The notes under the pieces are model-generated. The model saw only the letters and a program-made list of their open reading frames with translations. It did no database searches and was not told the origin of the DNA. A DNA stretch of 32,000 bases, taken from the NCBI RefSeq assembly GCF_000195975.1, contig NC_005070.1, forward strand, positions 2,040,001 to 2,072,000, read 5' to 3'. Of the stretch, positions 27,016 through 32,000 are shown piece by piece. The stretch's first letter is position 1. The number at the start of each line of letters is the position of its first letter. This DNA is from Parasynechococcus marenigrum WH 8102 (GTDB lineage Bacteria > Cyanobacteriota > Cyanobacteriia > PCC-6307 > Cyanobiaceae). The translations under genes and the position numbers were made by a program.

Positions 27016-27202
27016 GCAGCTTGTTCTCCACGATCCGCTCGCCGGACACCTGCCCTGATGTCGGCCTGCGGCGCTCGTAACCGCCGCCACCGGCCCAGCT
27101 GAAGAACAACAAATAACTCACGATGGCCAGACCGGCGGCCACCACAACCGCTGCCAGCTGCTCCAGTTTCAGCACGGCCTGACTCCCAGGTGTCCCATTC
27201 AC
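26993..27202 (-). CDS. Candidate small single-TM membrane protein
   Basis: 69 codons with a GTG start and one clear TM segment (LAAVVVAAGLAIVSYLLFFSW). About 75% of third positions are G/C by my hand count, which matches real genes here. It overlaps the Nif11 gene 3' end by 23 nt, and its start lies 16 nt from the divergent ABC-F start. This could still be a chance ORF. Confidence 0.4.
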   Translation of the reverse strand: MNGTPGSQAVLKLEQLAAVVVAAGLAIVSYLLFFSWAGGGGYERRRPTSGQVSGERIVENKLLTARRVP

Positions 27203-27218
27203 CAGTCTGCCGGCAGGG

Positions 27219-28970
27219 ATGATGGAAACTCAATGCTCCCGGCCGGTGCTGCGACTCGAAAACGTCAGCAAGATTTATCCGACCGGGGAGGTGCTGCGCA
27301 ACGTCACCTGGGAGGTCAAGCCAGGGGATCGCATCGGCCTGGTCGGCGTCAATGGTGCCGGCAAGTCGACCCAGATGCGCCTGATCGCCGGGCAGGAGGA
27401 ACCCAGCAGCGGCCAGGTGGTGCGTCAGGGAGATCCGCGAATCGCCTTTCTGCAGCAGGAATTTGACGTCAATCCTGAGCGCAGCGTGCGCGAGGAACTG
27501 TTTCAGGCCTTCGGGGAAGCCGCCGTTGTTCTGAACCGCCAGCGGGAGGTGGAGGAAGCGATGGCCTCCGACAAGGCAGCCGAGGATCCTGACCACCTCG
27601 ATCAGCTCATCCATGAGCTGGGAAGGCTGCAAACCCGGTTTGAGGCGCTGCACGGCTACGAGCTGGATGCTCGAATCGACAAGCTCCTGCCGACGATCGG
27701 CTTCACGCCTGAAGGCGCAGAACAACTGGTCAGCGACTACTCCGGCGGCTGGCAGATGCGCATCGCCCTGGGGAAGATCCTTTTGCAGGACCCAGACCTC
27801 CTGCTGCTGGATGAGCCCACCAACCACCTGGATGTCGAGACGATCCAATGGCTGGAGGGTTACCTGGTGGAGCAGACCGCTGCCCTGGTGGTGATCAGTC
27901 ACGACCGCACCTTCCTGGATCGGGTCTGCAACCAGATCGTGTCCACCGAACGCGGCATCTCCCGCAGCTATCTGGGCAACTACACCGCCCACCTCGAACA
28001 GAAACAACTGGAACAGGAGGCCACCCAGGCCGCCTTCGAACGCCAGCAGAAGGAGATCGCCACCCAGCAGGCCTACATCGATCGCTTCCGCGCCAGCGCT
28101 ACCCGCAGCACCCAGGCCAAAAGCCGCGAGAAACAGCTGGACAAAGTGGAGCTGGTAGAGGCTCCGATCGAATCGGTCTCAGGCCCCAGCTTTCGCTTCC
28201 CACCGGCCCCCCGCTCCGGGGCGCAGGTGGCGGTGATCGACAACCTCTGCCACAGCTATGGGGAAAAGATCCTGTTCCTCGGCGCTGAACTGGAGGTGGA
28301 GCGCGGCGATCGGATTGCCTTCGTTGGCCCCAATGGAGCCGGAAAATCCACCCTGCTACGCCTGGTGATGGGGACCGAAACCCCTGACGAGGGCAGCGCG
28401 CGACTTGGGGAACACAACGTGGTGGCCCGCTATTTCGAACAGAACCAGGCCGAAGCCCTTGACCTGAGCAAAACCGTCATCGACACGATGTTCGAAGCGG
28501 TGCCCGACTGGACGCAAACGCAGGTGCGCTCCCTGCTCGGCAATTTCTGCTTCAGCAACGATTCCGTGTTCAAGGAGGTGGGCAAGCTGAGCGGTGGCGA
28601 GAAGGCTCGTCTGGCCCTTGCCCTGATGCTGCTGAGCCCCTGCAACCTGCTGGTGCTGGACGAGCCCACCAACCATCTGGACATTCCGGCCAAACAGATG
28701 CTGGAGGACGCGCTCCGTGAGTTCGAAGGAGCTGTGCTGGTGGTCTCCCACGACCGCTACTTCATCTCCAGAGTTGCCAACCGGATCGTGGAATTGCGCG
28801 ACGGCGAACTGGTGCTCTACCGCGGCGATTACGCCTATTACCTCGAGAAAAAAGAGGAGGAAAGGGTTGAAGAACGGGAGAAACATCTGGCTGCGGAGCA
28901 GGAGGTCAAACGCAAGGCCAACCGGGACAAGCAAAAAGCACGCCAGGAGCGCCGCAAAAAAGCCGCCTGA
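27219..28970 (+). CDS. ABC-F family ATPase (two ABC domains, no TM domain) with a Lys/Arg-rich C-terminal tail
   Basis: Two Walker A motifs (GVNGAGKST and GPNGAGKST), two signature motifs (YSGGWQMR and LSGGEKAR), two Walker B motifs (LLLLDEPTNHLD and LLVLDEPTNHLD), and an inter-domain linker typical of ABC-F translation factors. Confidence 0.92.
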   Translation: MMETQCSRPVLRLENVSKIYPTGEVLRNVTWEVKPGDRIGLVGVNGAGKSTQMRLIAGQEEPSSGQVVRQGDPRIAFLQQEFDVNPERSVREELFQAFGEAAVVLNRQREVEEAMASDKAAEDPDHLDQLIHELGRLQTRFEALHGYELDARIDKLLPTIGFTPEGAEQLVSDYSGGWQMRIALGKILLQDPDLLLLDEPTNHLDVETIQWLEGYLVEQTAALVVISHDRTFLDRVCNQIVSTERGISRSYLGNYTAHLEQKQLEQEATQAAFERQQKEIATQQAYIDRFRASATRSTQAKSREKQLDKVELVEAPIESVSGPSFRFPPAPRSGAQVAVIDNLCHSYGEKILFLGAELEVERGDRIAFVGPNGAGKSTLLRLVMGTETPDEGSARLGEHNVVARYFEQNQAEALDLSKTVIDTMFEAVPDWTQTQVRSLLGNFCFSNDSVFKEVGKLSGGEKARLALALMLLSPCNLLVLDEPTNHLDIPAKQMLEDALREFEGAVLVVSHDRYFISRVANRIVELRDGELVLYRGDYAYYLEKKEEERVEEREKHLAAEQEVKRKANRDKQKARQERRKKAA

Positions 28971-29083
28971 CCAGCGTCCTGGCCAAATCGGGGGAAACTT
29001 CACAGACCCTTAGGCAGGACAACTCATTTCGCTTTACCCAGCCATTACGTGTGCATAGGCTGACAAAACCGATCCCCGCCGCG

Positions 29084-29257
29084 ATGACAATGGTCTCCCG
29101 CCCCAGCAGCCAAGGCCATGCCGCGAATGGGGGCGCCCCCCATGAGCAGACCTGGGACGCCGTAGAGACCTACTTCGAGTGCATCACCACCTGCTCCCTC
29201 GATGACGGGGAATGCATCACCCGCTGCGTTGATCAACTGCGGGACGACGACGCCTGA
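29084..29257 (+). CDS. Small acidic twin-CX3C protein (57 aa)
   Basis: ATG at 29084 (MTMVSRPSS...) with GC-rich third positions. The C-terminal half YFECITTCSLDDGECITRCVDQLRDDDA contains a duplicated ECITxC unit, giving C-x3-C-x6-C-x3-C. There is no signal peptide. Confidence 0.55.
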   Translation: MTMVSRPSSQGHAANGGAPHEQTWDAVETYFECITTCSLDDGECITRCVDQLRDDDA

Positions 29258-29278
29258 GCGCAGCACGACAGCAACGAC

Positions 29279-30403
29279 TTAAGCGGCGAGATCCATGGGC
29301 GTCAGCGACACCGTGAGCGTTGTCTCGCCCCGCTTGATCGACAGGGTCAGCTGCCGTCCAACACCATTGCGTTCGACGGTGGCCACCACCTGGGTGGGGC
29401 TGGCTGTGGCCACACCATTGATGGCAGTGATCACGTCACCCGGCTTCAGGCCAGCGCCGGCCGCGGGAGCACCGGGCTGAACGGAACGGATCACCGGGCC
29501 CAGAGGGCCAGCTGCCAAGCCAACGCCGATCACGGGATGACTGGCTCGCCCCTTGTTGACCAGTTGCTGGGCGATGCTGCGGGCCCGGTTGATCGGAATG
29601 GCAAAGCCGAGGCCAGCCCCGGGCCCCGAGCGGACCAGGGTGTTGATGCCGATCACCTCACCCTCCGCATTGAGCAGCGGACCGCCGGAGTTGCCGGGGT
29701 TGATCGCGGCATCGGTCTGGATCAGATCCAAGCGCTTTCCGGAAATCCCCAGCTGGGCCACATTCCGGTTGAGATTGCTGATGATGCCCATGGTCACAGT
29801 GTTTTCCAATCCGTAGGGATTGCCAACGGCAATCGCCCAGTCTCCGACCTTCAATCGATCGGAATCCCCCAGGGCGGCGATAGGCCAAGGCCCCTTGCCC
29901 TCCAGCCGCACCACGGCCAGGTCCGTGAGACTGTCCTTTCCGATCACCTTGGCTTCAACGCTCCGCCCGTCGGTGAGCTCCACCTGAAGCGTGTCAGCCC
30001 CCTCCACGACGTGGGCATTGGTGAGCAGCAGCCCCTCGGCATCGAAGATCACACCGCTCCCCTGACCGCGTTGCACCCTGGAACGTGGGGCTGAAGCCCC
30101 AGGCACACCAAAGAAATGGCGGAAGAGTGGATCCATCAGCAGTCCCTTCGGCAGGCCCGTCATGCCTGAACTGGTAACCGTTCGAGCCGTTTCCAGCGTG
30201 ACCACCGCCGGACCGCTGCGCTCCACAGCCGCCGCAACGAAGGACTGGCGGGACAAGCCTGAAGGGGCGGATATGGACTGGGCGCGTGATGCCAAAGGCA
30301 GCCATCCCTGAACAGTCACAGCACCAAGAACAGCTCCCCCGAGCAGCAACGAGGCAAAGGCGGACATGGTCTTGGCAGGGGGAATCGACGTCACGGATGT
30401 CAT
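29279..30403 (-). CDS. HtrA/DegP-family serine protease with C-terminal PDZ domain
   Basis: Catalytic triad context ([19 protein letters not shown]), a PDZ region (..[21 protein letters not shown]..) and an N-terminal signal anchor ([19 protein letters not shown]). ATG at 30403 or 30367 is preferred over the ORF track start at 30532. Confidence 0.9.
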   Translation of the reverse strand: MTSVTSIPPAKTMSAFASLLLGGAVLGAVTVQGWLPLASRAQSISAPSGLSRQSFVAAAVERSGPAVVTLETARTVTSSGMTGLPKGLLMDPLFRHFFGVPGASAPRSRVQRGQGSGVIFDAEGLLLTNAHVVEGADTLQVELTDGRSVEAKVIGKDSLTDLAVVRLEGKGPWPIAALGDSDRLKVGDWAIAVGNPYGLENTVTMGIISNLNRNVAQLGISGKRLDLIQTDAAINPGNSGGPLLNAEGEVIGINTLVRSGPGAGLGFAIPINRARSIAQQLVNKGRASHPVIGVGLAAGPLGPVIRSVQPGAPAAGAGLKPGDVITAINGVATASPTQVVATVERNGVGRQLTLSIKRGETTLTVSLTPMDLAA

Positions 30404-30533
30404 GGATGCCGCTCTGACCGTAGGAAGTGTTTTGGGCTGCCAACAAGCCCCGAAACGGTCAGAGCTGTGACCAGGTGCAACCACCTCCGCCCTCGGCCCG
30501 TCAGGATGAGTGTGCTGGACGTGCCGGCTCACG

Positions 30534-30791
30534 ATGCTCAGTTCCCTTTTTCCTCTGCTCTACGGCACGCTTTTTGTGGCCCTGCTCTGGCAAGCCTTCC
30601 GGGTGATGGGAAAAGGCTTCCGCGCCGCCAGTGGACCGATTGCGGAACCAAACGATCGGACGGGCCGCGTCACCGTGCACCCTGAGCTCTTGGACAACGA
30701 GGGCAAAATCACCGATGAAGCCTTGTTGACAGTGCGCTTCAGTGGCGACGATGACTCCCAGGAGGAAGCTCCCGGACCTGACGCTGAATAA
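30534..30791 (+). CDS. Small membrane protein, DUF2973-like
   Basis: From the ATG at 30534, [25 protein letters not shown] forms an N-terminal TM helix, followed by ...[22 protein letters not shown] and an acidic tail. This resembles a small cyanobacteria-specific protein family (DUF2973, from memory). Confidence 0.55.
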   Translation: MLSSLFPLLYGTLFVALLWQAFRVMGKGFRAASGPIAEPNDRTGRVTVHPELLDNEGKITDEALLTVRFSGDDDSQEEAPGPDAE

Positions 30792-30849
30792 GTTGGGATA
30801 TTGATGCCCGAATGGGGTATCAACCAGGAAACGATCAGGGGACGTCCGA

Positions 30850-31233
30850 GTGGATCAGAAAACACGCATCGTTGCTGCCGTCATCAAAGGGGTGAAGTTG
30901 CCTCCCCGTTTCAGGTTGCGCCTGCTGAAGGAAGACCCCGTGCGGTTGGAGCTGAGCCTCACCCCCGCCTACGGCAAAGACCCGGTGACGGTGGGATTGG
31001 TGGAGTCACTCGACCTGGTGGCCCGACGCGACCGCGAGGGGCGAATCCCTCGGGACCTGCAGGGGACCTGGGACTGGACCGTCCGTCATGGAAAGGTGAG
31101 CACCGGGGGCTGGAACCCTTATCTGAAGGAGGCCCTGCAGACGATGTTTGAAACCGGCCTGCCCGCCATTGTTTTCGAAGAATTGACCGGCGAGGAATAC
31201 CACCCCGTTGATGGAACCCGGCACGTGCGCTGA
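30850..31233 (+). CDS. Hypothetical protein (127 aa)
   Basis: GTG start with GC-rich third positions. I recognise no motif, and it has no TM segment. Confidence 0.5.
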   Translation: MDQKTRIVAAVIKGVKLPPRFRLRLLKEDPVRLELSLTPAYGKDPVTVGLVESLDLVARRDREGRIPRDLQGTWDWTVRHGKVSTGGWNPYLKEALQTMFETGLPAIVFEELTGEEYHPVDGTRHVR

Positions 31234-31333
31234 GGCACCCAGGCGACCCGGATGTGAAGCCGTGCGAACGGCGACAGCAGAAGCGCTCAAGCCGAGCTAA
31301 GACGGAATGGCTTCGGCCTTTAAGGTTTTCTTC

Positions 31334-31438
31334 ATGGCCAATCTCACGATGTCCATGGGCCCATTGGTCCGGCTCCTGACCGCCCTTGGCGCCATCAGCA
31401 GCTTGCTGCTGATGGCGGTGCTCAACCTTTTGCGTTGA
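31334..31438 (+). CDS. Candidate 34-codon ORF (hydrophobic peptide) immediately upstream of hrpB
   Basis: ATG at 31334 with AAGG 9-12 nt upstream. It encodes MANLTMSMGPLVRLLTALGAISSLLLMAVLNLLR, and most third positions are G/C. Its TGA (31436-31438) overlaps the TTG (31435-31437) that is the only canonical (ATG/GTG/TTG) start available for hrpB. It is below the ORF track size cut-off. Confidence 0.3.
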   Translation: MANLTMSMGPLVRLLTALGAISSLLLMAVLNLLR

Positions 31439-32000
31439 CGCTCAAACCCAGGCAGGACGCCTATCCGATCGATGCGCTCCTGCCTGAGCTGTGCGCCCGA
31501 TTCCAGCCAGGGCGCACGTTGTTGCTCCAAGCTCCGCCTGGCGCAGGAAAAACCACCCGGGTTCCGCTTGCCCTGATCGGTGCCCTGGGGGACCAGGTCC
31601 GCAGGGACGGGCGGATCTGGATGATTGAACCCCGCCGGCTGGCGGCTCGGGCCGCTGCAGACCGCCTGGCCTCCAGCCTCGAGGAACCGGTTGGACAGCG
31701 GATTGGCTTCGCCGTGCGCGGTGAGCAGCGGCGATCCGCCCGAACCCAGGTGGAAGTCATCACCGACGGCCTCTTTCTGCGACGGCTGCAGGCGGATCCC
31801 TCTCTGGACGGGGTGAGCTGTGTGCTGTTTGACGAATTTCACGAACGGCGCCGCGATGCCGACCTCGCCTTCGCCCTGCTGCGGGAAGCCGCCGCTTTGC
31901 TGCGGCCGGACCTGAGCCTGATGCTAATGTCAGCCACCTTGGACATCGCCGACCTGCGCTCACGGCTGCCCGAGGCCACGCTGCTGACCAGCCAAGGCCG
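31435..32000 (+). CDS. hrpB: ATP-dependent RNA helicase HrpB, N-terminal part (continues beyond the window)
   Basis: My translation of this frame gives (M)TLKPRQDAYPIDALLPELCARFQPGRTLLLQAPPGAGKTTRVPLAL...IWMIEPRRLAARAAADRLA...VLFDEFHERRRDADLAFALL...LMLMSATLD. This contains the DEAH-box helicase motifs I, Ia, II (DEFHER) and III (SAT), and the HrpB-like N-terminus. The ORF is open to the window end and is absent from the ORF track. Confidence 0.85.
   Translation, partial: MTLKPRQDAYPIDALLPELCARFQPGRTLLLQAPPGAGKTTRVPLALIGALGDQVRRDGRIWMIEPRRLAARAAADRLASSLEEPVGQRIGFAVRGEQRRSARTQVEVITDGLFLRRLQADPSLDGVSCVLFDEFHERRRDADLAFALLREAAALLRPDLSLMLMSATLDIADLRSRLPEATLLTSQG

Noticed and set aside
27058-27182. 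Plus-strand mini-ORFs upstream of the ABC-F gene: MSACGARNRRHRPS (27058-27102) and MARPAATTTAASCSSFSTA (27123-27182), considered as leader or RiPP-like peptides.
   Set aside because: They are very short and have no ribosome-binding sites that I could see. An Ala/Ser/Thr-rich composition is expected from GC-rich sequence in any frame. They also compete with a better-supported minus-strand ORF.
24519-28007. Long antisense ORFs 24519..25592 (357 aa) and 26808..28007 (399 aa). Similar ones occur at 18150..18911, 19157..19924, 19985..20674, 21751..22371 and 23448..24110.
   Set aside because: Each lies opposite a gene with clear family motifs (ktrA/anmK, ABC-F, NDH-2, hflX, SLC13, ktrB). Their compositions are typical of the non-coding strand of GC-rich genes.
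26779-28970. The idea that the Nif11-like peptide and the adjacent ABC protein form a RiPP precursor/exporter pair.
   Set aside because: The ABC protein is an ABC-F type, with two ATPase domains and no membrane or C39 peptidase domain, so it cannot be a leader-cleaving exporter. No modifying enzyme is nearby.

Overview
High-GC chromosomal segment (about 60-68% GC in the 60-nt lines I hand-counted) that reads like the core genome of a marine picocyanobacterium, Synechococcus-like. This call rests on the psbA/D1 sequence, a ClpS gene, a cyanobacterial-type long HflX, a RarA fusion protein and small Nif11/DUF2973-like genes. Genes are tightly packed, with many short overlaps between neighbours. 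Order from left to right: dapL (3' fragment), clpS, a CPBP protease, a B12/radical SAM gene head-to-head with a Glu-130 (D1:2-type) psbA, two small hypothetical genes, pgm, and a minus-strand RND efflux operon (adaptor, pump, small membrane protein). Then come the rarA fusion gene, a roughly 0.8-kb low-GC islet carrying one DUF1400-like secreted protein, a hypothetical protein, an Sfp-type PPTase, bcp, coaX, cysH, an NDH-2, hflX, and an SLC13/TrkA-C permease followed by ktrB and ktrA. The right end holds anmK, a cluster of small genes (an RHH protein, an Arg-rich protein, a Nif11-like peptide, a small TM ORF), an ABC-F ATPase, a twin-CX3C mini-protein, an HtrA protease, a DUF2973-like protein, a hypothetical protein, and the 5' part of hrpB preceded by a 34-codon ORF. 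I found no rRNA, tRNA, CRISPR array, transposase, integrase or recognisable defence genes. I do not see a clear novel multi-gene system. The best leads are: (i) an RND pump with an extra ~95-aa glycine-zipper-like hydrophobic insertion plus a translationally coupled small membrane protein; (ii) the low-GC islet; (iii) the 26.05-27.2 kb small-gene cluster, including a Nif11 leader-like peptide that stops one residue after a GG motif; (iv) a twin-CX3C mini-protein; (v) a short ORF whose stop overlaps the only available start (TTG) of hrpB. All family assignments come from my reading of the translations, and no searches were run.
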